Source: a virus (taxonomy: Duplodnaviria; Caudoviricetes). From it: DNA of 64,000 nucleotides. A program made the position numbers and the translations under genes. The stretch lies in IMG/VR virus record IMGVR_UViG_3300026161_000447, positions 22,076-86,075 of that record, one strand, 5' to 3'. The notes beneath the pieces were generated by a model. The model was not told the origin of the DNA. It made no database searches and was given only the letters and a program-made list of their open reading frames with translations. Each line of letters opens with the position of its first letter. The stretch's first letter is position 1. Shown in pieces: positions 8,762 through 17,512 of this stretch.

Positions 8762-9005
8762 CGCCCGCCTGGCCTGGCTCCTCCACGCGCTCGACCTTCA
8801 CCGGCCCGTGCTCCCGCAGGTGCGCCTTCACCAGCCGCTTGCCGAAGTCAAGCGCCGCCGTGTAGCTGCCCTCGAACTCTTCGCTGATGCCGAGGGCGTC
8901 GCAGGTGACGTGGTGCGTCCGGCCGAAGCTGGTCACGTCAACCGGGTAGGGGTCTGGGTCCGCCTTCTGGCTATTGATGCCGTACCGCTCAGCGAGTTTG
9001 CCCAT
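8730..9005 (-). CDS. Hypothetical protein
   Basis: 91 aa; GGGAGG SD; acidic C-terminus. Confidence 0.7.
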   Translation of the reverse strand: MGKLAERYGINSQKADPDPYPVDVTSFGRTHHVTCDALGISEEFEGSYTAALDFGKRLVKAHLREHGPVKVERVEEPGQAGDDDDDVFGGF

Positions 9006-9219
9006 CTCGCGCCTCCCTCTCGGCCTGCAGCGCGGCGAGGGCCTTGCGCGTCACCGCAAGCTCCTCGCGGAGGGCGTCTCGTTCCTCGGCGATGCTGAGC
9101 ACGTGACCGGCGATCCCCTCTGCCTCGGCGTGCTGGTAATCTCGAATGGGGTGCGCGCAGGCTCTGAGCACTTGCTTGCGAATGCGGTCCCAGAGCTCGT
9201 TGTGCTCGTCAGTTGCCAT
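8989..9219 (-). CDS. Hypothetical coiled-coil protein
   Basis: MATDEHNELWDRIRKQ...; overlaps both neighbours. Confidence 0.65.
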   Translation of the reverse strand: MATDEHNELWDRIRKQVLRACAHPIRDYQHAEAEGIAGHVLSIAEERDALREELAVTRKALAALQAEREARDGQTR

Positions 9220-9787
9220 GGGTTGCACCCGCCTCCAGCGCCGCCCGGCCCTCCGCCGTGATGAACCAGCGAGCCCACCGCGACCTCGGGATTGGCGGGA
9301 TGTCCACGAGCCTCGGCTCCCGCAGCATCAGCCCGCCCAGCGCACACCGCTCGTCACCCGTCCACATGCTGTCAGACAGCCCCCCGCCCGGCTGCCTCGC
9401 CAGCCGCTGCAGCACCGCCACTTCGAGCTGGTCCAGCGCCGGCGAAGTGCCCGTCGCCCCAGTGCGCTCCGCCCGCATCCTCAGCGCCGTCTCCGCCAGC
9501 CGCAGATTGCTTGGCTGCGTCTCCATCGCATCGGCCACGATGGTGTCCTGCACCCAGTGCTGCAGGGCAGTCAGAACCACCTGGCCCCACTCGGTCAGCG
9601 TGATCCCGTCGCCGTCGCCGTCGTCGACCGCGAAGCCCTTGATCTTGATGTCGTTGAGCACGCGGCGGCGGTCGTCTCCGAGCGTGAGCATACTCAGCCC
9701 GTGCAACAGAGCGTCCAGGTCCATGGCGTTGTGGCCGGTCAGCTCTGGGACGGCTGCTACTAGCGTCTCGGTTGGTGTCTGTGTCAT
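9209..9787 (-). CDS. Hypothetical protein, possibly two winged-helix-like units
   Basis: 192 aa; two segments ending ITLTEWGQVVL and WFITAEGRAAL, typical of wHTH wings. Confidence 0.65.
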   Translation of the reverse strand: MTQTPTETLVAAVPELTGHNAMDLDALLHGLSMLTLGDDRRRVLNDIKIKGFAVDDGDGDGITLTEWGQVVLTALQHWVQDTIVADAMETQPSNLRLAETALRMRAERTGATGTSPALDQLEVAVLQRLARQPGGGLSDSMWTGDERCALGGLMLREPRLVDIPPIPRSRWARWFITAEGRAALEAGATHGN

Positions 9788-9791
9788 GGTC

Positions 9792-10262
9792 TCAGCGCTC
9801 CCCTCTCACTGCAACCGTCCCTCTCACAACCACCCACCCGTCCACCCTCGCCTGCCCCTGCGTCGGCCACCAGGTGTCAACCCACGTCCCGCCCAGCCTC
9901 TCGGCATTGTGGTCGTTGGCTGCCGACCCCGTGTCCAGCACCTGCCGCAGACCCGCCTGCGGCGTCCACAGCCACGTGTACTGCGCCAGGCGGTTGCTGG
10001 CCGCCGTGCGCATGCTGCACCGCTGGTCGTGCCCGTCGTAGCGTCCGGACGGCTCTGTGCCGTAGTAGGCGGTCAGCACGAGGGCACGAGGGCGGCCGTC
10101 CGCGACGATGGCCGCGTACCCCTTGGTCTGCCACTCGCTGAGGCTGCCGTAGTGGCCCGCCAGGGCCTTGACCGCGCACCGCATCGCAGGGTCGGCGGGA
10201 AGATCGGGTGGGGCTGTCGGCAGGGCGTAGATCAGCGCCGCAATGGCGATCTGTGCTATCAT
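9792..10262 (-). CDS. Secreted 3D-domain (MltA/RlpA-type double-psi barrel) cell-wall hydrolase-like protein
   Basis: Signal peptide MIAQIAIAALIYALPTA; LTAYY...AASN...QVLDTG...WVDTW. Confidence 0.7.
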   Translation of the reverse strand: MIAQIAIAALIYALPTAPPDLPADPAMRCAVKALAGHYGSLSEWQTKGYAAIVADGRPRALVLTAYYGTEPSGRYDGHDQRCSMRTAASNRLAQYTWLWTPQAGLRQVLDTGSAANDHNAERLGGTWVDTWWPTQGQARVDGWVVVRGTVAVRGER

Positions 10263-10334
10263 CGTCCTGCTACCTCTCTGGTGGTGTTGGGCTTGGGCCC
10301 CGCCCCCGGCCAAGGTCAGCGGGGCCCGCTTGCT

Positions 10335-11006
10335 CTATGCCTTCTCAGCATCCGCGCAACTGGCGCAGAGCGCGCTCTCCGTGCTGTCCAGCGCGACGCC
10401 GTCGCAGCCGTCGCCCGCGCAGGGCTCGGCGTAGGTCAGCCCGAGTGTGTCTGCAGCCTCGTCTGCCGCGTCGCGCAGCCACCAGATGGCGCGCGCCTGC
10501 TCCTCCGGGGTCTCCTGTACGATGGCGTAGGCGACGAGCGTCTCGCGGGTGATGGTCGGGTGAGCCCTTTCTGCGGCGCGCTTGTGCTCCGCCTCGATCA
10601 GTCGTCCGCGCAGGACGTTCTGCATCTCGACAAGCTCCGCCACGCGGAGCTTCAGGGCGTCGCGCTCCACCGCTCCTGCGAGCACGACGTCCATGGCGCG
10701 CTTGAGCGTCTCGATGATGGTCTCGACGGTGCCCTCGTCGCCACAGGGGTCGGTCAGGTCATAGATGGCCTGCTGCAGGTCCGCGAGGGTCCGGGCGGTG
10801 TCGGGCGTCGTGGCGCGGGCCTGCAGCGTGAGTAGCTCCGCCAGCGCGTGGTCGCGTTGCTCCTGCAGCTCAGTGAGCCTGCGGGCGATGGCCTCGCTCT
10901 CCGCGAATACGGCCTCTCCAGAGAGTTCGCGGGTATGCCGGATGTGGTGGGCTGTGTGCCACCAGATGTCGTTGTAGTGTTTGACCTCGGCTGGTGTCTC
11001 GCTCAC
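10335..11006 (-). CDS. Hypothetical coiled-coil protein with C-terminal Cys cluster
   Basis: GTG at 11006 after GAGGAG; ends CAGDGCDG...LCASC. Confidence 0.6.
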   Translation of the reverse strand: MSETPAEVKHYNDIWWHTAHHIRHTRELSGEAVFAESEAIARRLTELQEQRDHALAELLTLQARATTPDTARTLADLQQAIYDLTDPCGDEGTVETIIETLKRAMDVVLAGAVERDALKLRVAELVEMQNVLRGRLIEAEHKRAAERAHPTITRETLVAYAIVQETPEEQARAIWWLRDAADEAADTLGLTYAEPCAGDGCDGVALDSTESALCASCADAEKA

Positions 11007-11079
11007 CTCAGCATCTCCTCGCCCATCGCTCACGCAGGCCTCGCAGCGGAGCGGCTGGTCGTCGCCGTACCGCAAGAAC

Positions 11080-13125
11080 TCACGCCGCCTTCCTCCCCTC
11101 GTCGCCCCCCGGCAGCAACGTGGCGGCGCCGTGGCCGACCATCCCGCCACTCACCCAGTACACGGCTATCCCGGACCCTGTCGGGTACTGCGTCGGCAGG
11201 GCCCCCGCCTCGACATACTCGCGCGGCGTGCACGTCACCAGTGCACGGACGCCGCTGCCGTACAGCATGGCCAGTAGTGGGCTGAGGTTGTGCATGTCGA
11301 GCATGTCGGCGCCATCGACCACCACCAGCGGCCAGCTCGTGAGCCCTGCGAACGCCACCTGGCAGGCCACTCCCACTCGGTACTGCTCGCTGTCGGAAAG
11401 GGCGACGACGGGTGTCGCCTGCTGATCCCCGGCCTTGCGCACCGCAAGCTCGAACTCCGCGCCGGGTTCGGCCTCCAGCGTGAAGCCCCAGGGCTCCAGC
11501 GCGTCGTTGATCGGCTCCAACACGCGGCCGATGCTCTCGGCCATCGCCTCCGCCGGCAACCCCGCGGGTTCGAGCCGCTTGACCAGCGCATCCAGCACGT
11601 GCCAGACGCGCTCCGCCTCCTGTAGCTTGGTCTCCGTGTCGTCGGCCGTCTCCGCCCCGGCCTCGGCCTTCGCCGCCGCCTGTACGGCTGCGTCCAGCGC
11701 CGCCTGCGCCGCCTGCATCGAGGCCTCCGCCTCGTCCCTGGCCTCCGTCAACCCCTCGATGTCGGGCTCTTCGAGGCTGTCGGCTGCCGCCTGTGCCGAC
11801 GTGAGCGAGGTCTTGGCCTTCGCCAGGCCCTCCTTCCGTTCGCTGACGGCACGCTCGAGATCGCTCTTCTGCTGCTCGTGGCCCTTCCAGGCGTCCCGCA
11901 GGTTCTCGGCATTGCCCGCCGCCAGGCCCGCCTGCGCCGCCGCCGTGTCCGCCTCTCTGATCTCTCGAGCCAGGTCGTCGCGCTTGGCGCTGAGCTCAGC
12001 CAGCCCCTCTCGCGCACGGGCCACCGCCGCCTCCCGGTCGGTCGCCGACAGCGGGCACTCCACCGTCGGCAGCACGGCACAGCCGGTGCCTTCGGCGGCC
12101 GCGAAGGCCTCGATCTGGGGGCCGAGGGTCTCGACTTGCCCACGGACCCTCGCGGCCTCCTCACGCAGGGCACTGACGGCCTTCGCCGCCTCTGTCGCCG
12201 CCTCTCGAAGACCCCCGATCTCCTCGTCTGTCGGCCGCGGCCTCTCAGGCGGCTTGATTCCCTTGAGCTGCACCACCGACCGACCCAACAGCTCCTCCCA
12301 GCGCGCGACCTCCGCCTCTGAATCCTCCACGGCCTTGGCCGCCGCGCCGTTAGCCTGCTGGGACTTCTCGGCCGCCTTCAGAGCCCCGACGGCGTCCATG
12401 TACGCCCTGCTGGCCGCGTCCCTGGCGGTCGTCAGTGCCCCGATGTCCGCCGCGGGCTCGGCGGCCTGCGTCGAGGCCTGGGCCTCGGCCGCCTCCAGCA
12501 CCTTCTGCAGCGCGTCTCGCTTCCCGTTCGCCTCCGTCCGGCGCTTGTACGCCGCCTCCTTGAGCATCGTCAGCAGCCCGCTGCCCGTCAGCGTCGTGGC
12601 CAGTTCGTCTTCGAGCAGGGCCAACTGCTCGTCATTGAGCTTTGCTCTCACCCACGAGGCGTCGACGTCCGCGCCGTCGACCAAGCCGAACAGGAGGGAC
12701 TGCTGGTCCTTCGCCGGCAGCGCGAGGAACGCGCCCGGCGAGAGCATGCAGTCGAGCACATCCGCCCTCGGCAGCAACGCCGTCAGCTCCGCCGCCGCGT
12801 CCTTGTCCGGGAGGTCGCTGACCAGCCGGCCCTTGCTTCCCGGCTCGATGCGCCGGCTGATCGCCCCACGGTCGGTCTCGAGGGTGATCTCCGCGGCGCG
12901 CGAACCGTGGCGGACCAGCCGCCCCGAGAGGTTGCCGTTCTTCTGGGTGTAGCGGCAGTAGCCCTGGAGAACGTACTGGACGGAAGCCGCGACCGTCGTC
13001 TTGCCCTCCCCATTGTGGCCGAGGAGGAGGGTGAGGGCCTGCGGCTCGATGACCGCCTCACGCACGCCGCGCACGTTGCGGACGCTGATGCTTCTGATCT
13101 TCGTGATCTGGCTGGTCTTGGCCAT
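11080..13125 (-). CDS. Rad50/SbcC/SMC-like ABC ATPase with long coiled coil
   Basis: Walker A GHNGEGKT; signature-like LSDSEQ; Walker B VVVDGADMLD; central C-x7-CP hook-like motif. Confidence 0.85.
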   Translation of the reverse strand: MAKTSQITKIRSISVRNVRGVREAVIEPQALTLLLGHNGEGKTTVAASVQYVLQGYCRYTQKNGNLSGRLVRHGSRAAEITLETDRGAISRRIEPGSKGRLVSDLPDKDAAAELTALLPRADVLDCMLSPGAFLALPAKDQQSLLFGLVDGADVDASWVRAKLNDEQLALLEDELATTLTGSGLLTMLKEAAYKRRTEANGKRDALQKVLEAAEAQASTQAAEPAADIGALTTARDAASRAYMDAVGALKAAEKSQQANGAAAKAVEDSEAEVARWEELLGRSVVQLKGIKPPERPRPTDEEIGGLREAATEAAKAVSALREEAARVRGQVETLGPQIEAFAAAEGTGCAVLPTVECPLSATDREAAVARAREGLAELSAKRDDLAREIREADTAAAQAGLAAGNAENLRDAWKGHEQQKSDLERAVSERKEGLAKAKTSLTSAQAAADSLEEPDIEGLTEARDEAEASMQAAQAALDAAVQAAAKAEAGAETADDTETKLQEAERVWHVLDALVKRLEPAGLPAEAMAESIGRVLEPINDALEPWGFTLEAEPGAEFELAVRKAGDQQATPVVALSDSEQYRVGVACQVAFAGLTSWPLVVVDGADMLDMHNLSPLLAMLYGSGVRALVTCTPREYVEAGALPTQYPTGSGIAVYWVSGGMVGHGAATLLPGGDEGRKAA

Positions 13126-14576
13126 CACCTGAACCCCCCAAACGACGCCTGGCCGCCGTTGCCACTCGCCGCCGGCTGCGCGGCCGGTGCGTCCGTAGCC
13201 GCTGGCGCCTGCGCCGGTGTAGCGCCCTTGGCCGACTGGCTCTCACCCGCCGCCTTCGCCCGTGTCTTCTTGCCGTTTCCGCCGCCGCTCTCCGCCGCGG
13301 CTGCTGTCTCCCACGTCTTCAGCATCGCCTTCAGACCGTCCACCGCCTGCGCTGCCCGCTCCCCGTCAAGTTCGGTGAAGAACGCCACTCCGAACTGCTT
13401 CAAAGCCATCTTCTCCACTACGTCAGGCACCTTGCCCATGCCGGCGGCCTGCTCGAGCAGTGCCGCCCAGGCGTCGACCTGGCCGGACGTCGGCCCCGCC
13501 TTTGTGCCGTCTGCCTCTTCGGGCTGGCCCTGCGACCACTGCTCAATAGCCTTCCGCAGCCCCTCGATGGCCTCCGTCGCCTGTTCCTCCGCCAGGTCCT
13601 CAAAACGGCTCTGCCCCAGGGCGCCGCAGACCTTGCTCTCGACGTCCGCGGCATCCGCGCCCAAAGCCACCGCCTGCTCCACGAGCTCCGCCCACTGTGC
13701 CCTCTGCTCGAGGCTCGCCGCCGGCGGCGCGGCGTTCGGGTACAAGCCCTCGGGCTGGCTCTCGTCCACGTCCACGTCCACGTCCACGTCGACCTCGCCC
13801 TCCTCAGCCTCGTCCCACGAGGCACTGGGGGCAGGAAGCGCCGCGGGCGGCGCCACTCGCCCGCCAGAGAGCTGGCGGCGTTCGGCGGCAATGGCGGCGT
13901 GAAGCTGCTTCGCATCGTCAAAGCTCAGTTGAGGTGGGATCAAGTTCAGGAGTGCCTTCGTGACGGTTTTCAGGAACGGCTTGCCTTCCCTATCAACCCC
14001 CGTGTAGGTGATGGCCTCCGGGATCCGCGCCAGGCGGAACTGGACACGCAGGATGTCCTGGGGATTGCCCGTGATGTCGACGACGCGCTGCAGCGCCATC
14101 TCGTAGGCGTCGTAGACCTTGTTTATGCCGTGGAAGCTACCTGTGTCGATCTGGAAAACGCCGAAGATGCTGACCTTCGGCAATATCACCATCAGGTTGC
14201 CGACCTCCGTGCAGCGTTTCTCCAGGAAGTGAGGGCAGTCTTTGTAGTGGCAGGCGATCTCCTCGAACCCGCCCGTCGCGCTGTTGAATGCCACGGCGGT
14301 GTTCCCGTCGCCCCGGCACAGCAGGCGGTCGGTTCCGTACCGCTTGAGGCTCACGGGAAACCACTCGGCGATGTCGACACACGGCACCATGACGTCGAGT
14401 TCCGTGGGCTTGGCGCCGTAGACATCGGCGACCCCCGGTGCGTCGGCGAGATCGAAATGCGGCAGGTCGCGCGGGTACTCTTTGCCGTCCTTGACCGCCT
14501 TCTCACCCAAGCCGATCTTCCCCAGGCGAGGCAGTCTCTTGCGCCGGAAGCCCTCGATCATTGATCCGATACTCAT
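13125..14576 (-). CDS. Recombination-directionality-factor-like (phiC31/phiBT1 gp3-like, PF18897-like) protein with long C-terminal extension
   Basis: RLPRLGKIGLGEK...YP...LKRYG...LLCRGDG...C..KDC...C...GNLMVILP..GVFQIDTGS. Confidence 0.7.
   Translation of the reverse strand: MSIGSMIEGFRRKRLPRLGKIGLGEKAVKDGKEYPRDLPHFDLADAPGVADVYGAKPTELDVMVPCVDIAEWFPVSLKRYGTDRLLCRGDGNTAVAFNSATGGFEEIACHYKDCPHFLEKRCTEVGNLMVILPKVSIFGVFQIDTGSFHGINKVYDAYEMALQRVVDITGNPQDILRVQFRLARIPEAITYTGVDREGKPFLKTVTKALLNLIPPQLSFDDAKQLHAAIAAERRQLSGGRVAPPAALPAPSASWDEAEEGEVDVDVDVDVDESQPEGLYPNAAPPAASLEQRAQWAELVEQAVALGADAADVESKVCGALGQSRFEDLAEEQATEAIEGLRKAIEQWSQGQPEEADGTKAGPTSGQVDAWAALLEQAAGMGKVPDVVEKMALKQFGVAFFTELDGERAAQAVDGLKAMLKTWETAAAAESGGGNGKKTRAKAAGESQSAKGATPAQAPAATDAPAAQPAASGNGGQASFGGFR
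13763..13792. repeat. In-frame hexamer microsatellite (CGTCCA)x4 + CGTCGA encoding VDVDVDVD
   Basis: Direct reading of the sequence. Confidence 0.9.
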
Positions 14577-15394
14577 GCCGCTCTCCTACTCTGCCCCGCA
14601 GGGCAGGCGTCTTTGAAGTCACAGTAGTTGCAGCCATAGCGGTTGTTGGTGTTGGGCGGGAAGTCGCCGCGGGCGATGGCCGCCGCCACCGGCAGCACCA
14701 CACTCTCAATCACCTGCTGGTTGAAGAGGTCATCACGCACGGTCCGGACCGCCTTCCGCAGACCCACGCCCACGATCTCCATGGCGTCCTCCGGCTTGCC
14801 GAACATCTGCCGGTAGGCCCACGAGTAGAGCGTGAGCTGCAGGTCACTGTCCATGTCGCGCGGGAGGTGCTTGCCGCTCTTGCAGTCGCTGACGACCGTC
14901 AGTCCCTGGTGGCGATAGAGCCGGTCCCACGTGCCCTGGAGCTCTATGTCCGTCCCGGGGACCGTCTGCCGCCAGCGCTCCTCGGTGGCAATCGAGATCT
15001 GTCCCTCCTGCCACCGCAGATACCATGGCAGGCCCCGCGTGGCGAGCGTCTCGACGCGGCTAATCGCCTCCCCACGCCCGTTCCGCCGCGTGTGGGGCGC
15101 CACCCGCACCCACAGGTCCCGCAGTAGCTGCCCGGCCTCGGCGGCGTCGTCGGGCGTCCACCGCTCGGCGTGGGCCTTGCGCAGCACCTCGTGCACGCAT
15201 GACCCGACGAGCATTGCCGGTGACTTTGGAACCTCGATCTTTGCCACGTACTGAAGTTCGTAGGACTTTGGGCAGTCACGATAGGTGTCGATCTTGCTGG
15301 CGCCGAGGATGTCGCTCTCGGTGTGGTAGGTGTGGATCATGCCCTCGACGGCCTGGCTAAGCTCCATCTCGTAGGTGGCGGTGGGTGGAGTCAT
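14573..15394 (-). CDS. Cas4/AddB/RecB-like PD-(D/E)XK exonuclease with probable Fe-S cluster
   Basis: SKIDTYRDCPKSY; GSCVHEVL; GTWDRL; SDCKSG; QLTLY; C-terminal CNYCDFKDAC. Confidence 0.85.
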   Translation of the reverse strand: MTPPTATYEMELSQAVEGMIHTYHTESDILGASKIDTYRDCPKSYELQYVAKIEVPKSPAMLVGSCVHEVLRKAHAERWTPDDAAEAGQLLRDLWVRVAPHTRRNGRGEAISRVETLATRGLPWYLRWQEGQISIATEERWRQTVPGTDIELQGTWDRLYRHQGLTVVSDCKSGKHLPRDMDSDLQLTLYSWAYRQMFGKPEDAMEIVGVGLRKAVRTVRDDLFNQQVIESVVLPVAAAIARGDFPPNTNNRYGCNYCDFKDACPAGQSRRAA

Positions 15395-15675
15395 GCCACC
15401 AGCCTCCGCTCCGCCTGGACAACCGCGGCCTCCGCCCTCTCACGCTCGAAGAGCAGCCTCTGCTCCTCCGCCGCCTCGAGCATGCGCTCCGCAAGCTCCC
15501 AGCCGTCGGCCGTCAGCCACCCCAGGTGGTGTGCCGTCTCGATCAGCCCCGGCGCCGACATCGTGGGCAGAGGCCTGCTCCGGAGGTCCGCCGGCCTCTC
15601 GGCCGTCGCCTTCCGGGCGCGGAGCATCATAACCGCCAGCATCTCGTCGGTAGACACGGCGAGTGCACTCATCAT
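15391..15675 (-). CDS. Hypothetical protein
   Basis: ATGA overlaps at both ends; GGAGG SD. Confidence 0.65.
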   Translation of the reverse strand: MMSALAVSTDEMLAVMMLRARKATAERPADLRSRPLPTMSAPGLIETAHHLGWLTADGWELAERMLEAAEEQRLLFERERAEAAVVQAERRLVA

Positions 15676-16127
15676 GCCGCCTCCACCAGGACCCGCCACT
15701 TGTCGCGCGGGTTGATCTCTGCGGCCGCCAGCTCGTCGCAGGTGAAGTACGCACAGTCAACCGCCAGCACAGCAGGAAGGTCGGCCGCGAGTGCCACCCA
15801 GGTCTCGGGGTTCTGCAGATCGGCGTTCGCCATGGATGCGGCGTGCCTGCCGTACCGCCGGTGGTCACGGACCTGCTCCCACACCCAGCCGTCGATGTCA
15901 AGGCGAAGCTTGAACCGCGTGAGCATCCGCGTGCCGTAGGCCCTGAAAGTCCCGTGCTCGTCGAGGATCAGCTTGTCGATGCAGACCCACTCGATGTTGT
16001 GGGCGCCGGAGATCGGGCCGTAGTGGGCCGCATGGTCGGCGTCGGGGAGAAAAGACATCAGGACGGAATCGTCGAGTTCGTGGGGCAGGTGGTCAATGGC
16101 CGTGTTACGCAGTTCGTGCCAGTCCAC
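15672..16127 (-). CDS. Hypothetical protein
   Basis: 151 aa; GTG start with AAGGTGG SD. Confidence 0.65.
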   Translation of the reverse strand: MDWHELRNTAIDHLPHELDDSVLMSFLPDADHAAHYGPISGAHNIEWVCIDKLILDEHGTFRAYGTRMLTRFKLRLDIDGWVWEQVRDHRRYGRHAASMANADLQNPETWVALAADLPAVLAVDCAYFTCDELAAAEINPRDKWRVLVEAA

Positions 16128-16356
16128 GGCTGGTCACCACCTTGCTGTTGAGGTGCCGAGCGTAGCCGGCCATCGCCAATGACTCGAGGGCGCCGACAAT
16201 CGCCCGCGTCTCAGGGGAGTCCGCATCGCGGAGGATCCGCTGGCATTCGTCCGCGACGTCGTCTGCTGCCTCCGCCGGCGCCAGTCTGCCGAGGACGCCA
16301 TCGAGCAGGACATCGAGGCAGCAGCAGTTGCCGTCTTGTGTTCGCGCGTGGTCCAT
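16105..16356 (-). CDS. Hypothetical protein
   Basis: 83 aa helical ORF in the operon frame. Confidence 0.5.
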   Translation of the reverse strand: MDHARTQDGNCCCLDVLLDGVLGRLAPAEAADDVADECQRILRDADSPETRAIVGALESLAMAGYARHLNSKVVTSRGLARTA

Positions 16357-16364
16357 GCTACAAT
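16336..16364 (+). promoter_or_regulatory. Antisense sigma70-type promoter inside the leftward early operon
   Basis: TTGTGT-17-TACAAT with extended TG; the 11-mer ATGCTACAATC is identical to the -10 region at 20633-20643. Confidence 0.5.
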
Positions 16365-16379
16365 CACCGCCGTTCTCTT

Positions 16380-16724
16380 CTATGCCGTAGCGTTGTCTCG
16401 GGCCCGCCCCGCCAGGCGGGCTCGCTGCTTTTCCGTCAAGACCAGCCCCGTCAGTGCGTTCAGCCTCTCGAGGTCATCTGTGTCGACCCCGGCCGTCGCC
16501 TGCTGAGCCAGCCACTCCGTGAACCGGACGATCTTGGTTGGCGACGGGCTCCGCATGATCTCCCGCCACTTGTGCAGCGTCAGCCTCAACATGAAGCGCT
16601 GACCCTGCAGCTCTCTCGCGCCATCGCGGATGATGTCCAGCGCCTCCTCCGCGGCGTCCCTTGTTACCGCCGCCCCCTTCGGCAGTTTGCCCCCGGACGT
16701 GCCGGGCTTCCACTGCCCCTTCAC
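16380..16724 (-). CDS. Hypothetical protein (start MKGQWKPGTSG)
   Basis: GTG overlapping the upstream TGA; GGAGG SD. Confidence 0.6.
   Translation of the reverse strand: MKGQWKPGTSGGKLPKGAAVTRDAAEEALDIIRDGARELQGQRFMLRLTLHKWREIMRSPSPTKIVRFTEWLAQQATAGVDTDDLERLNALTGLVLTEKQRARLAGRARDNATA
16399..16434 (+). terminator. Hairpin + T-run ending a putative ~60-nt antisense RNA
   Basis: CGGGCCCGCC/GGCGGGCTCG stem (one G-U) followed by CTGCTTTT. Confidence 0.4.
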
Positions 16725-16888
16725 TCCCACTTGCCTCCTCTCCACGACTCTCTGATCTGTTTCGACCGCTCCGCCCACTGACGGAGCCATTCCTCGTTGT
16801 CGCGCCGGATACGCTCGCGGCGCCTGTAGTCGGCTATCGTCCTCGCGATCCCCATTGTCATCAGCAGAGCGGCCACAACCCACAGCAT
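16721..16888 (-). CDS. Small single-pass membrane protein (55 aa, below ORF-track cutoff)
   Basis: MLWVVAALLMTMGIARTIADYRRRERIRRDNEEWLRQWAERSKQIRESWRGGKWE; fills the gap between neighbours with coupled start/stop. Confidence 0.65.
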   Translation of the reverse strand: MLWVVAALLMTMGIARTIADYRRRERIRRDNEEWLRQWAERSKQIRESWRGGKWE

Positions 16889-17122
16889 CTACCCCACCAC
16901 CCTCATGCCTTCGGATGTGACCTCCACCGGTACGATGCGCGTGGTGTCCGGCAGGGAGAGCACGTCGACCAGCATCTGTCGCGCGCCCTGCATCTCCTGC
17001 ACGCGGCTGAAGCTCGGCTCGGCGTCCAGCACCTGCAGGGAATGACGGTAGGGCTCCCAGGCGGCCCGCTGGATGTCAAGCAGCGTCGGCGTCGGCTGTT
17101 GCAGCGTCTGTGTCGTCGGCAT
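16889..17122 (-). CDS. Hypothetical protein
   Basis: MPTTQTLQQP...; GAGG SD. Confidence 0.6.
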   Translation of the reverse strand: MPTTQTLQQPTPTLLDIQRAAWEPYRHSLQVLDAEPSFSRVQEMQGARQMLVDVLSLPDTTRIVPVEVTSEGMRVVG

Positions 17123-17273
17123 CGGCCTCACCGTCCTCGATCACGGCGGCGGCGAAGGCCGCCGGCGCCAGGTTGCGGAACGCGCCGGCCACGAGGTCCG
17201 CCGAGGCCAGCCACTGCGCGCTCGTGTACTGGCCTACTACCCCGTCCGCCTTCTGTTCTTTCCGCAGTTCCAT
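17076..17273 (-). CDS. Hypothetical protein with acidic tail
   Basis: MELRKEQKADG...DADDTDAATADADAA. Confidence 0.5.
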   Translation of the reverse strand: MELRKEQKADGVVGQYTSAQWLASADLVAGAFRNLAPAAFAAAVIEDGEADADDTDAATADADAA

Positions 17274-17512
17274 AGCTCTCACCGGTCTGTGTTTGCTGCG
17301 CCCCGGCCACGTGGAATAAGCCGGGGCGCCATGGTTGCAGTTCGGGTCCCCTCCCCTCACGCGCTGGTCCGACGGCTCGCAGTCATATGTCCCATCACCT
17401 GCCTCTCACTCCCGACGGACTCTGTGGAGGGGGCCGTCGCGGCCCCGCCTACGATCTGGTTCCACCTGGCCCCCTCCTGCGACGGTGCGTCACACGCCCC
17501 AGCGGGGGAGTA

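Noticed and set aside
14573-15394. Cas4 as evidence of a CRISPR system
   Set aside because: Stand-alone Cas4/AddB-like exonucleases are common in phage recombination modules; no array or other cas genes
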